A DNA stretch of 59,658 bases, counting the filler, from Nitrospinota bacterium (GTDB taxonomy: Bacteria; JADFOP01), in NCBI GenBank assembly GCA_022562795.1. It is 3 parts of 3 records of this genome, joined end to end, with 100 filler letters (N's around TTAATTAATTAA, not from the genome) between each part and the next. Parts side by side here need not be neighbours in the genome. Positions count along the whole stretch, not along the records: positions 1 to 26,550 come from JADFOP010000030.1; 2 more parts are not named here. The stretch is one strand, 5' to 3'. Below, in pieces: positions 9,730 through 19,616 of this stretch. The translations under genes and the position numbers were made by a program. Within the stretch, counting starts at the first letter, position 1, and each line of letters begins with the position of its first letter. The notes beneath the pieces are model-generated. The model searched no databases. It had not been told where the DNA came from and worked only from the letters and a program-made list of their open reading frames with translations.

Positions 9730-11250
9730 TTATGCAATGTGCCCACCTTCTTCAACTATGCGGAAGATGGCGGGCCAGTCAAGGTGGGCCTCGACTAGAT
9801 CGGCCAGCCGATCATACTCGTCTTCTAGGTTGAAGGAACTCGTCCGGCCCACCGGAGGCCAACCGCAATCAGCCCGGAGCGTGTCGAGGAGGTGTCGCCG
9901 GAAGGCCGCCGCGTCAAAGCATCCGTGGATGTTCGTCCCCATGACGCGGCCGATGGAGTCCACGGCACCCTCACCTTCACTCACCTCCTGGGAGCCACGT
10001 CGCTCAAGAACGAAGGCCGCCGATACCCCGGGGGGCCGAGCCGTCTGGCCCATATGAATTTCGTAGCCCTCGACCACGAGACCCGAAGAGGCGTGGCGGG
10101 CCCGGACCTGCTCGGTCAACTTTGTCGAAGCAAAGGTCGTCTCGACCTCGAGAAGGCCGAGACCGGCAACCTCGCCACGGCCTGCCTCCACCCCCGCCGG
10201 GTCGCGGATGAGGAGCCCGAGCATTTGGTAGCCTCCGCAGAGGCCTACCACCCGGCCACCCCGCTCAGCGAAGCCGAGAGCTGCGCGGTCCAGCCCCACC
10301 CGGCGGAGCCACGACAGGTCGGCGACTGTGGCCTTCGTCCCAGGAAGGATGAGGAGGTCTGGAGCCCCGAAGGTCTCAGGGCTCTCGACGTAGCGTAGGG
10401 CCACATCGGGCTCGGCGGCCAGGGCGTCGAAGTCGGTGAAGTTGGCAATGTGGGGAAAGCGGACGACGGCCACATCGAGCTTTCCGTCGGATGGAGCTCC
10501 TTGCTCCATTCCCCGTTCTTCCAGGGCCACCCCATCCTCTTGGGGGATGGCGATGTCGGTAAAGTAGGGCAGCACGCCGAGAACCGGTAGGCCGCAGCGC
10601 CCCTCCAGAGAGCGGAGAGCCGGCTCCAGCATCGACCGCTCACCCCGGAATTTGTTCACGATGAGCCCCTTGACGAGTCTACGCTCCTCGGCGCTCAATA
10701 GATCGAGGGTGCCCAGCAGCCATGCGAACACACCGCCCCGGTCGATGTCGCCGACCAGAAGCACGGGGGCCTCGGCCCGGCGGGCCACGAACATATTGAC
10801 GAGGTCGTGCTCCATGAGATTGATCTCCGCGGGGCTGCCCGCCCCCTCGATGACCACCACCTCGAAGGAGTCCAGGAGTCGATCCATGCTCTCCTCGATC
10901 CCCGCCCGAAACCTGGGTTTGAAGGCCTCCTGAGTGCTTTCGTCCAAGTAGCCGACGGGCCGGCCGTGGAGTACCACCTGGCTGCCGCGCCCACGCGTGG
11001 GCTTCAACAAGACGGGATTCATGTCGACGGTCGGGGCGAGGCCAGCGGCCTGCGCCTGGACGGCCTGGGAACGGCCGATCTCACCGCCGTCGACCGTGGC
11101 GAAGGAGTTAAGGGCCATGTTCTGGGCCTTGAAGGGAGCGACCTTAACGCCCGCCCGCCGAAAGAGCCGGCAAAAGGCGGTCACGAGGACGCTCTTGCCC
11201 ACGTAGGAGCCGGTTCCCTGAACCATGAGGGTCTTAGCCCGTCGGCCCAC
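9730..11250 (-). CDS. cobQ: cobyric acid synthase
   Basis: LMVQGTGSYVGKS, PFKAQNM, EGAGSPAEINL, DIDRGGVFA, GLCGGYQMLG and GYEIH motifs; likely GTG start at 11250 (ORF track extends to 11373). Confidence 0.95.
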   Translation of the reverse strand: MGRRAKTLMVQGTGSYVGKSVLVTAFCRLFRRAGVKVAPFKAQNMALNSFATVDGGEIGRSQAVQAQAAGLAPTVDMNPVLLKPTRGRGSQVVLHGRPVGYLDESTQEAFKPRFRAGIEESMDRLLDSFEVVVIEGAGSPAEINLMEHDLVNMFVARRAEAPVLLVGDIDRGGVFAWLLGTLDLLSAEERRLVKGLIVNKFRGERSMLEPALRSLEGRCGLPVLGVLPYFTDIAIPQEDGVALEERGMEQGAPSDGKLDVAVVRFPHIANFTDFDALAAEPDVALRYVESPETFGAPDLLILPGTKATVADLSWLRRVGLDRAALGFAERGGRVVGLCGGYQMLGLLIRDPAGVEAGRGEVAGLGLLEVETTFASTKLTEQVRARHASSGLVVEGYEIHMGQTARPPGVSAAFVLERRGSQEVSEGEGAVDSIGRVMGTNIHGCFDAAAFRRHLLDTLRADCGWPPVGRTSSFNLEDEYDRLADLVEAHLDWPAIFRIVEEGGHIA

Positions 11251-11546
11251 CGAGAGAGAACCTCGCCGAGGGAAGCTTAAGGAAGCGCGCCTGCAGCCCT
11301 CTATTTCATGCGATAGGGCGCCATGGGTCCTGCCGAGTGTCTGGATTATAGAAAACGTGCGAGGAGGCCGCAAGAGGCCCCTCCATTGCTACCGTGACGT
11401 GGGAAGATGACCTACGGGTGAACCTGAGGATGGATGGTCCCCAAAGGGTCTCCTTATTGTATTTGGTGCACATAAGAATTTCCTTATTGCAATTTTTAGG
11501 GGTTTATGACAATAAGCGGGGCTCCTCCATCTACATGTAGCTCGAT

Positions 11547-11573
11547 AAAAAAGCCGCCCTTTCGGGCGGCTTT
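11547..11573 (-). terminator. rho-independent terminator of tRNA-Ala
   Basis: Minus strand AAAGCCGCCC-GAAA-GGGCGGCTTTTTT immediately after the tRNA CCA. Confidence 0.85.
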
Positions 11574-11583
11574 CGAGAAGTCT

Positions 11584-11659
11584 TGGTGGAGCTGACGGGG
11601 ATCGAACCCGTGACCTCTTGACTGCCAGTCAAGCGCGCTCCCAGCTGCGCCACAGCCCC
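11584..11659 (-). tRNA. tRNA-Ala(GGC)
   Basis: 76 nt GGGGCTG...CAGCTCCACCA; anticodon arm CTTGA-CT-GGC-AG-TCAAG; GGTTCGATCCC T-arm; G3:U70 Ala identity pair. Confidence 0.97.
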
Positions 11660-11718
11660 ACCGAAACCGCGAAGTCTTAGGTGGTAATGTTTTTATATAG
11701 GCCCGCTCCTTGGGCCTG

Positions 11719-12270
11719 TCAACTATTTTCTTTCGCCTTGGCTTCTTCCTCGGCTTCCTCGGTGGCGGTGGCCTCGATCTCCGCCGCCTTGGCAGCGATT
11801 AAGGCGTTCTTCTCATCCAGAGCTACCTTCAACTTCTCCAGGCCTTCTGCCGCCAGGCTTTGAGTGCTAAGGAGCTCGTAAGCCTTGTCGCCAAGCTCTG
11901 TGTAGAGGTCCTTGCGCTGCTTCTTAATCCGAGCGATATCTAGTCTGAGTTTGCCGACGCGGGAGGAGCGAACCACCTCGTCCTTGGCCTTCTTGAGATA
12001 TGTCGCCGCCGTGTCCCAGAAATCGCGCCGATCCTCGGCCAAGGGGGGCGGAGGTGGTGGTGGCTCGGCGGCGGGCGGGACGGCCTCGGCCTCCTTGGCC
12101 TCTTTGGGTTCCTCGGCCGGCGCCCCTTCGGCCTCGGGCTCTTCTGCTTTCGGCTCGGCGGTGGGCGCGGCTACGGCCTCTGGCTCGGCAGCCGTCTCGA
12201 CTTCAGGCTCCTCTGCTTTCGGCTCGCCTTCGGCCTCTTGCTTATTCTTGGCTGGCTTCTTGGTGGTCAT
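11719..12270 (-). CDS. hypothetical protein (Ala/Glu/Pro-rich N-terminus, coiled-coil C-terminus)
   Basis: ORF with GGAGA RBS; low-complexity N-terminus containing two EPKAEEPE copies; helical C-terminus. Confidence 0.7.
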   Translation of the reverse strand: MTTKKPAKNKQEAEGEPKAEEPEVETAAEPEAVAAPTAEPKAEEPEAEGAPAEEPKEAKEAEAVPPAAEPPPPPPPLAEDRRDFWDTAATYLKKAKDEVVRSSRVGKLRLDIARIKKQRKDLYTELGDKAYELLSTQSLAAEGLEKLKVALDEKNALIAAKAAEIEATATEEAEEEAKAKENS

Positions 12271-12415
12271 GGTCTCTCCCCCCCCCGGCGACCCATACCG
12301 AATGCCGGAGGTGATCACGAGAGGTTGGGTCGACTCTCTTCTACCTTAACAGTGGATTTGCGGTCCGTCAATGATTTTTACCATCCAGGGCCGGTCGAGA
12401 TTTCAAAATGAAACC

Positions 12416-13522
12416 TCAAAAAAGGCCGAGGCCTCTAAGCTCAGGGCCGCTCAGCTCATCAAGCGCCTCGTCGTTGGGGGTCGGGGCCAGGTCAGGAAGG
12501 AGGGAGGCCTCGATGACCACGCTCAACGGTGGGGCCGAGGTTTCCGCCTGAGCGAGCAAAAGCTGGTCGTCCTCCAGCAGGGCGAATCTCCGGGAGTCAG
12601 CTCCGAGAAGACTATGGACTCCTTCCTCCTCGTAGAGGCTCTGCTTCCCCAATGCCATCTTGGTCCCCAGGGCCTCGAGGACCGCTGGCTCCAGGGTCGA
12701 GGAGGCCTCGGTCACCAGCGAGACACCCGCCCCGGCCTTATCCAGGGCTCCCAGGGCTGCCCTCCATCGACTCCGCATAGGCTCGGGCCATCGCCGCCGC
12801 CAAAGCAACGCCCCTTCGTCAAACCACATCAGCCGCCCCAGGTCCCCGCGAGGCTCCCCCATGGTCTCACCATACACCAAGGCCGCTGTGAGGAAGGCCT
12901 GGTGTCTAAGAGGGAGGCCGTCCACCTCGAAGACAACCCCTCGACCCCGAAGCCTGTAGATATCGAGACCGTATGGGTCATTCAGGACCGGAGCGAGATG
13001 TTGCATCGCCAAGGCAAGCTTGCCGACGAGGGGATGGAAGCGTGCATCACCTAGACGGGAAGCGGCCCGCTTCGCAACCTCAACGAGGGTCGCTTTCTCG
13101 GGGCCGACGTCGGCGACCACGTCCTCTAGGAGCTCGGCCCCCCGGGCCGCATCTTCGCTTGGGAGCTCGAATATGTCGGAGAAAGTCTCCCATATGGAGG
13201 CTCGCCAGGAGAGAGGATCAGCCCCCGGAGGCGGCCTAAGCACGTTGAGCTTCAGGCGGGCCCGCCGGACGACCAAGAGTTCGTCGGCCAGGCAGCGATA
13301 GTGGAATCGGTCGGTTACTACCCAGAGGGGCCATCGGCGAGCCAACGCCCGGACCATGCCCACCGCCAGACGCCGCCGAACTTCCCCGTCGGTCGAGAGT
13401 ACGAGTATCCCACCCCTAAGAGCCTCGGGGCTAATCTCAACGGGCAGGCCCGCAGATCGACCCAAACGGAGCCCGTCGGCGGGAGATTTATTTGGAGAGG
13501 AGAGGCGGGTCCTGGTCGGCAC
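12416..13522 (-). CDS. hypothetical protein, degenerate HerA/VirB4-like P-loop fold
   Basis: 368 aa; Walker B-like LMWFDEG; Walker A position reads ILVLSTDGEVRR (no GKS/T); starts 14 nt after the queF stop. Confidence 0.55.
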   Translation of the reverse strand: MPTRTRLSSPNKSPADGLRLGRSAGLPVEISPEALRGGILVLSTDGEVRRRLAVGMVRALARRWPLWVVTDRFHYRCLADELLVVRRARLKLNVLRPPPGADPLSWRASIWETFSDIFELPSEDAARGAELLEDVVADVGPEKATLVEVAKRAASRLGDARFHPLVGKLALAMQHLAPVLNDPYGLDIYRLRGRGVVFEVDGLPLRHQAFLTAALVYGETMGEPRGDLGRLMWFDEGALLWRRRWPEPMRSRWRAALGALDKAGAGVSLVTEASSTLEPAVLEALGTKMALGKQSLYEEEGVHSLLGADSRRFALLEDDQLLLAQAETSAPPLSVVIEASLLPDLAPTPNDEALDELSGPELRGLGLF

Positions 13523-13536
13523 AGTCCGGGGCGCGC

Positions 13537-13977
13537 TTAGGAGCCGTCGCTCTCGTATGTGGCCGCCACGGTGGTGTTGATCCCGCCGCGAACGTAGAAA
13601 TCCCCAACGACGGTCATCCGGCGAGGCCCCACGGCCTCCACGAGGTCGTCGAGGATTCGGTTCGTCACTGCTTCGTGGAACACCCCCTCATCTCGGTACG
13701 ACCAGAGGTAGAGCTTCAAGCTCTTAAGCTCCACGCAACTCTCTCCGGGCACGTAACTTATGTGAATTGTGGCGAAGTCGGGCTGCCCCGTCAAAGGACA
13801 GAGACAGGTAAACTCGGGACAGTCAAATGCGATCTCATAGTCCCGCTCGGGGGCTGGATTGGGAAAAGTCTCGATCGTAGTCGTAGGCTCCGTGGATGCT
13901 CTTTTGGCGCCGGGATTCTTCCTCCCCGGCCTGGCCCGTTGGGTGGAGGTGTGGCGGCTTGCTCGCCCCTGGCTCAT
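13537..13977 (-). CDS. queF: NADPH-dependent preQ0 reductase
   Basis: [28 protein letters not shown] and RGGI motifs. Confidence 0.95.
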   Translation of the reverse strand: MSQGRASRHTSTQRARPGRKNPGAKRASTEPTTTIETFPNPAPERDYEIAFDCPEFTCLCPLTGQPDFATIHISYVPGESCVELKSLKLYLWSYRDEGVFHEAVTNRILDDLVEAVGPRRMTVVGDFYVRGGINTTVAATYESDGS

Positions 13978-14159
13978 GGTCTCTCCCACTTGACGAAAGG
14001 GTGCGAAGAGATTCTACCATAGACAGCGGGCGTCGCCAACGGGTCAGGTGAAACGGAGGCTTGCGGGCAATACTAGGCACCCCCCCTTTTCCCACCGATC
14101 CGGCTTGTGGCACAATAGCGGCACCGTAGGTTTTCCCATCCCACCACAGGAGGTGACAT

Positions 14160-14828
14160 ATGAGCTTTGCGGCCCATCTTCGACACCTGGCCGAGCCCAT
14201 CTGGGCGGCCGAGCTAGACCATCCCTTCGTAAAGGGCCTGGGCGACGGAAGCCTACCTGTTGAGCGCTTCCGCTTCTACTTGGCCCAAGACTACATCTTC
14301 CTGTTGGCCTACTGCCAAGTCTTCGCCCTCGCAGTGGCCCAAGCCCCTGATGAGGCAAACATGTCGCACTTCGCTCGCCTCCTCGAGGCGACCCTCCACA
14401 CTGAGATGGACCTCCACCGGGAGTACGCCGCCCGCTTCGGACTCACAGCAGAAGAGCTGGAGGCCACCGAGCCCGCCCCCACGTGTTATGCCTACACCCG
14501 TCACCTCCTGTACACGGCTGCCACAGGCTCCCTCGCGGACATCGCAACGGCGATCCTGCCCTGTATGTGGGGCTATTGGGAGATCGCCTCGGCCCTCAAA
14601 ACCATTGGCCTCCCAGATGACCAGCCCCTCTATCATCCGTGGATCGAAATGTACGCCTCAGATGAATTCGGCGCCCTGGCCGAGGAGTGCCGCGCGCTGC
14701 TCGATGGGCTCGTGGCCGGCTACCCTCCAAGAGAGCTGCGACGCTTAGAGCCCCTATTTATAGCGTCCAGCCGCTATGAGTACGCATTCTGGGAGATGGC
14801 ATGGACACAGGAAGCTTGGTCGCCGTGA
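14160..14828 (+). CDS. tenA: thiaminase II
   Basis: HPFV..LGDGSL..ERFRFYLAQD, LPCMWGY (catalytic Cys), WIEMY and YEYAFWEMA motifs. Confidence 0.93.
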   Translation: MSFAAHLRHLAEPIWAAELDHPFVKGLGDGSLPVERFRFYLAQDYIFLLAYCQVFALAVAQAPDEANMSHFARLLEATLHTEMDLHREYAARFGLTAEELEATEPAPTCYAYTRHLLYTAATGSLADIATAILPCMWGYWEIASALKTIGLPDDQPLYHPWIEMYASDEFGALAEECRALLDGLVAGYPPRELRRLEPLFIASSRYEYAFWEMAWTQEAWSP

Positions 14829-15113
14829 AAAAAGTCCTTAAAAATCCTCCCTTAAGATTTGACGAACGGTGGGAATTGTGATACGTTTAGTACTAACAGG
14901 GTAAGCTCTTATTAAAATATACTAGTATTTACGCAGAGAATTATTCAAAGCGAGCAAAAACGAGCCACAATTCGATCCCTAACGATCCAGCGCCTGACAC
15001 CCTCCAACCCGTACCTCGTGGCATGTGAGTGTGTGGCTGGAGAAACGCACACCAGAAACTGTGTGTAACTGTTTGACTATCGCTGTGTAGCTATAAGGGG
15101 AGAGACGACTCAG

Positions 15114-15578
15114 ATGGAACTCCAAGATGAAGCAATCAACTGCTCCGACTGCGGTCAGGAGTTCATGTTCACCGTTGGAGAGCAGCAGTTCTACGCCGAG
15201 CGGGGATTCGAGCATCCACCGAAACGATGCAAACCCTGCCGTGCAACACGCAAGAATCAGCAGACCTCCCGGTCCCGGGAGGCAGACCCGCATGGGCAGG
15301 CCGCGCCCCGGGAGGCCATCTCCAGTGGCCCCAGGCCCAGGCAGGCGCCCGACCATAACCAGCGATACCGGGAGTCTGCACAACGCCCTCGCCCGCAGCG
15401 AGATTCGGGGCCACAGGGTTCCCAGGCGCGCGACATTCACGTCACCACGTGCCAGGCTTGCGGCGTTACGACCCGGGTGCCCTTCAAGCCCCAGGAGGGC
15501 CGTGGCGTCTACTGCCCTGAGTGCTACCAGGCCCTGAAGGCACTCGCCCGATCCTCCAGCGAAGAAGAATCTCGCTAA
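15114..15578 (+). CDS. zinc-ribbon / CxxC-x17-CxxC domain protein
   Basis: CSDCGQEFMFTVGEQQFYAERGF..PKRCKPCR plus CQACG...VPFKP..GRGVYCPECY. Confidence 0.85.
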   Translation: MELQDEAINCSDCGQEFMFTVGEQQFYAERGFEHPPKRCKPCRATRKNQQTSRSREADPHGQAAPREAISSGPRPRQAPDHNQRYRESAQRPRPQRDSGPQGSQARDIHVTTCQACGVTTRVPFKPQEGRGVYCPECYQALKALARSSSEEESR

Positions 15579-15751
15579 GCATTTCTATCCCAACCCATCC
15601 GATCCTTTCTGCTTAGAGAACCGGACCGCTGGAGATGTGTATTCTCCCTCCCCTTTTATGGACACGAGTGACACCAGCCCCGAGGGGGCCTTGCTCACCT
15701 CCAGCCGGCTGACGTATCATAGGCTTGTCTAGATTGGGAGGGACGATAGCT

Positions 15752-16963
15752 GTGGAAGGAGCTCTGAGCGGTATCCGGGTGCTCGACTGTACCCGCGTTC
15801 TGGCGGGCCCCTATGCCACAATGGTGCTCGCCGACCTCGGGGCCGATGTCGTCAAGGTGGAGGAGCCGACCCGCGGTGACGAGGCCCGCGAAGTGGGGCC
15901 CTTCATAGGACGGCCAAGCGCCTACTTCATCTCCCTCAATCGGGGCAAGAAAAGCCTGACCCTCAACCTCAAGGAGCCCGACGGTCGGCAACTCTTCATC
16001 GAGCTGGCCGCAAAGGCCGACGTTGTGGTGGAAAATTTCCGGCCGGGCACGATGGAGCAGCTCGGCCTGGGCTACGAGACCCTCCGGGAGCGCAACCCCA
16101 GGCTCATCTATGCCGCCTGCAGCGGTTTCGGCCAAACCGGACCCTTAGCAGGCAGGGCCGCCTACGATATCGTCATCCAGGGAATGGGAGGCGTTATGAG
16201 CATTACCGGCACTCCGGGGGGTGAGCCGGTGCGTGTGGGAGTCTCCATAGGCGACATCACGGCGGCCTTCTTCACGGTGATTGGCATTCTAGCCGCCCTC
16301 CAGGCACGCGAACGCACCGGCGAGGGCCAGCTAGTCGACGTCGGCATGCTCGACAGCCAGGTCGCCATATTGGAGAACGCCATCATCCGCTTCACAACGA
16401 CCGGTGAGGTTCCTAAGCCGCTCGGAACCCGCCACCCATCCATCGCTCCCTTCGAAGCCTTCCCCGCAAAGGACGGCCACGTCATCTTCGCCGTGGGCAC
16501 GGCCCACTGGGGAGCGTTCTGCCGGGCCCTTGGCCAGGCCGAACTGGTTAACGAGGAGCGCTTCGCCACCAACGCACTTAGAGCAGAAAATGTCGAAGAG
16601 CTAACGGCGCTAATTGCCGAGGTCAGTCCCGAGAAGACCGTCGCAGAGTGGATAGCGGTTATGGAGGACTCCGGGGTGCCCTGCGGTCCCATCAACACGA
16701 TTGAAGAGGTGGCGTCTCACATCCAGGTGGCGGCCCGCGAGATGCTCGTGGAGGTAGAGCACGAAGGGATCGGGACCGTACGGATGGCCGGATGCCCGGT
16801 GAAGCTTTCGGCGACCCCCGGAGGCATCCAGGGCCCGGCCCCCGCGCTTGGGGAGCACTCCGAGACGGTCCTGGCCGAGTGGCTCGGGATGAGCTCCGAG
16901 GAGGTTTCGGCGCTACGAAAGTCGGGAGTTGTCAGCCCTGCCCACACGTGGGGGGAGGGTTAA
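15752..16963 (+). CDS. family III CoA-transferase (CaiB/BaiF, formyl-CoA transferase-like)
   Basis: LSGIRVLD..RVLAGP, LNRGKKS, ENFRPG, SGFGQTGP and SIGD motifs. Confidence 0.93.
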   Translation: MEGALSGIRVLDCTRVLAGPYATMVLADLGADVVKVEEPTRGDEAREVGPFIGRPSAYFISLNRGKKSLTLNLKEPDGRQLFIELAAKADVVVENFRPGTMEQLGLGYETLRERNPRLIYAACSGFGQTGPLAGRAAYDIVIQGMGGVMSITGTPGGEPVRVGVSIGDITAAFFTVIGILAALQARERTGEGQLVDVGMLDSQVAILENAIIRFTTTGEVPKPLGTRHPSIAPFEAFPAKDGHVIFAVGTAHWGAFCRALGQAELVNEERFATNALRAENVEELTALIAEVSPEKTVAEWIAVMEDSGVPCGPINTIEEVASHIQVAAREMLVEVEHEGIGTVRMAGCPVKLSATPGGIQGPAPALGEHSETVLAEWLGMSSEEVSALRKSGVVSPAHTWGEG

Positions 16964-17036
16964 CGGAGGTCACGCTATGCGGAAAGGAAACCGCTAGAGC
17001 AGCTCGCGGTGGCTCAGGCCTGGCTAATATTTGGAC

Positions 17037-18806
17037 TTACGCTTCTTCACCCCCGTCGGAATTCAACTCTCTTCCCCCGGTTCCCTGCGCCGGGGAGGCT
17101 TTTGGCTTCGTCACCTCGTTAAAGGCCCATTTGCGAATGAAGCCCTTTATTAACCAAACCCCAAACCTCAAGAACGAGTTCATGGACCTCGTTGCCCGCC
17201 CAGCGGCCCAGTCAAAAGCGTCATTGAACCACTCCCTGAAGGAGTTCTTCTCCTCATCGTTGAGGTCGGCGAAGGTAGCGTCCTTCAGACTTTTGTCGTA
17301 CCTGTAATTGAAGGTAGGATCCAGACCCCCTTTGAGACCAAACGCCTCGCCGTAATCATTCAGAATCTCATTACGGCAGTCAACCCGCCCGTGTCGGAAG
17401 TCGGCCACGCGGTAACGCTCGCTAAAAAATCCTCCAAAGTTCATCAGGAAATCGCCTGCCAAGGGCCCCTTCTGGCCTGACGGTGCCAGCAGGTAGAGCT
17501 TCATTTGCCGCTTGGCCCGAAGGCCCGAGGCGAGCTCAAGGGCGAGGATGAGAACCTTCATCAACGCCTGCTTGGATGGATCCCACTGGTTCGCGTTGAG
17601 GGTTTTCCAATAAGTTTGCTCGATACGCTGTAAGTTCTCCTCTCGCTCCTCGTCCACAGACGCCTGAGATGGCGGATCCTCGGTGTCGGCCTCGAGCTTC
17701 TCTCGCAGGAACTCGTCCACCTCCCTCGCCAAGACCTTTTCGCCCTCTTCCATCTGACGCTGACCGAGGTGATCCAGCAGCGTGCCGAAACACTCCAGCA
17801 GCGCCTCGAACCATTCCAGCCGGGTGTTGTAGCGGTGGGCGCGGAGAAAGTCTTTCGCCGACGACTCCGAAATGAACATCTCAACCAACCGTTTCCCGTA
17901 GGCCAGGAGCGATAACTCCTCCCGTGTGAAGTCCTCCACGTAGGACAATTTCGAGAGATAAGGATCGATGAAGAGAAAGAGACGCTCGCCTCCGGGCTCC
18001 TCGGCGTCCCGCGCCCGGGCCAGTTTGGCGGCCAACGCCAGTGGTTCGTTGTTAAAGGTCCCTCCGTCAGAGTAATGGAACCTCGTCATTGTTTTACCCT
18101 TAAACTTCTCCTGAAGCCACTTGCTGCCAAAGTCTTGTATCCGGCGCTCCACTTCCTTTGGCTCGAAGGCGAAGGGAAAGGCTCCTGAGGCCAGCGCTGC
18201 TTGACGCACCTTTGCCCAGACCTCTTCCAGCTTTTCATTATTCTGTCCTTGTTCTCCGGCTTCGGGCCCGACGCTGAACTCCACCCAGTCTGAAAAGATG
18301 GTGGAGAGAAACCCCTTTTCCGGGGCCGTCGGGGCGTTTTGATAGGGAACCGCGTAGGGCACGCCGTGGAAGTTGGCCAGGGTGAAGGCCATATCGACCC
18401 GCCGGAGGGATGCCCCGCAGATGCCCTGGTCGTTCTGAGCAATCGTCGGCGCGGTGAGCATGCGTTTGGCAATTATCCTAACCACACTATCATTTAAGAG
18501 GCTCAAGACCGGATCGTCGGAGTCAGGAAAGGAGCGCTGCAGGCCGGGCCAGCTGTTGCGCGACCGCCAATTGATACGCTCCACCCACGCTTCACGCAGT
18601 TTCGACACCATGCTCTTGTCATAGAGCAACGCCTTGGCAACCATGGCCGCCGTCATACTGCCCGCCGAGGCCCCCGCAATGACGTCGATGACGACCTTCT
18701 CATCCGAGGTGTTGTGTTGCAGGGCATAGAGAAGTTCGGTGAGGGCTCCGGCTATATAGGTCCCCAGGGACACTCCGCCTCCCATTACCAGCGCTATTTT
18801 TTTCAT
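17037..18806 (-). CDS. patatin-like phospholipase family protein
   Basis: GGGVSLG glycine loop, GASAG nucleophile elbow, ASGAFP and DGG catalytic Asp. Confidence 0.85.
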   Translation of the reverse strand: MKKIALVMGGGVSLGTYIAGALTELLYALQHNTSDEKVVIDVIAGASAGSMTAAMVAKALLYDKSMVSKLREAWVERINWRSRNSWPGLQRSFPDSDDPVLSLLNDSVVRIIAKRMLTAPTIAQNDQGICGASLRRVDMAFTLANFHGVPYAVPYQNAPTAPEKGFLSTIFSDWVEFSVGPEAGEQGQNNEKLEEVWAKVRQAALASGAFPFAFEPKEVERRIQDFGSKWLQEKFKGKTMTRFHYSDGGTFNNEPLALAAKLARARDAEEPGGERLFLFIDPYLSKLSYVEDFTREELSLLAYGKRLVEMFISESSAKDFLRAHRYNTRLEWFEALLECFGTLLDHLGQRQMEEGEKVLAREVDEFLREKLEADTEDPPSQASVDEEREENLQRIEQTYWKTLNANQWDPSKQALMKVLILALELASGLRAKRQMKLYLLAPSGQKGPLAGDFLMNFGGFFSERYRVADFRHGRVDCRNEILNDYGEAFGLKGGLDPTFNYRYDKSLKDATFADLNDEEKNSFREWFNDAFDWAAGRATRSMNSFLRFGVWLIKGFIRKWAFNEVTKPKASPAQGTGGRELNSDGGEEA

Positions 18807-18909
18807 GGTTCCCCCCTTGTTTCTAATGGCGTCACCAGTCCGTTGCCGCTCAGTGTTTCAACATATTTTTATCATACACAACAAATAAGGGATTACTAGC
18901 AGAGAGAGA

Positions 18910-19527
18910 CTAAAGGGCCTTGAAGAGGTAGAGCGCCCCGAGGCCCGCAAGGAAGACAGCGGATAAGCGCGGTAGGTGCCGCTCAAGTGCGTCGAAGCGT
19001 TGGCGTACGGCCTCGTAGGCCCATACGGCAGACAGGGTCAAACAGGTGATTGCAACCGTGACGGCCGTGGCATAAGTGAGCATCAAGGCAAGGCAGTTGA
19101 TCCCTGCCAGGCAGAGGGTCAGAAGGGCGATCTCCTCTTCGTGGACGAATCCCAAGATGAAGGCAAAGGTGGCCATCTGCCAGAGACTAGCTGGCGTCTT
19201 CTCATCCTCTGGATGGCGGTGGCTGCGGGCACTGGAGCGCCACATGTGAATGGCGAATAAAAGGAGGAGGGTTCCGGAAATAGCGCTAAGCGTTGATCCG
19301 GAGAGGAAGCCAAGGTGGGGGCGGAGGAAGAGGAAGATAAGGACCACCGCAAGGGATGAGATCAAATGAGCGGCCGAAAGAATTCCCGCCGTTACCAGCC
19401 CGGAAAGGTAGCGGCGGTTGCGGTTCACGGCGTAGACAGCAGCTACGGGCCAGCCATGGCCTGGCTCCACGCCGTGAAGGAAACCGATGGTCGCAGCTCC
19501 CAGGTAGACCGCTAGGATTTCATCCAT
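18910..19527 (-). CDS. nickel/cobalt transporter-like membrane protein (NicO/RcnA/UreH-like)
   Basis: GFLHGVEPGHGW motif, about 6 TM helices, HRH and HEEE motifs. Confidence 0.75.
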   Translation of the reverse strand: MDEILAVYLGAATIGFLHGVEPGHGWPVAAVYAVNRNRRYLSGLVTAGILSAAHLISSLAVVLIFLFLRPHLGFLSGSTLSAISGTLLLLFAIHMWRSSARSHRHPEDEKTPASLWQMATFAFILGFVHEEEIALLTLCLAGINCLALMLTYATAVTVAITCLTLSAVWAYEAVRQRFDALERHLPRLSAVFLAGLGALYLFKAL

Positions 19528-19616
19528 CCCCGGCGTCTCCTTTATCCCATCTCTACGCTGAGAACGAGGGACGACACGAGTCCCAGAACGTCGCCTTCAG
19601 CGTTCCCAGGTTCCAA

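Noticed and set aside
11529..11542. CTACATGTAG palindrome as an NrdR-like operator
   Set aside because: It is a single short copy with no nrd gene nearby, so support is insufficient.
11251..11546. Cobalamin riboswitch upstream of cobQ
   Set aside because: I could not find the GGGAA...GCCACTG core or B12 box on the minus strand.
11584..11659. tRNA-Ala as an integration site
   Set aside because: The terminator follows directly, and I saw no integrase or duplicated tRNA 3' end in the window.
13990..14159. TPP riboswitch upstream of tenA
   Set aside because: No CTGAGA...ACCTGA...GGGAA pattern is present.
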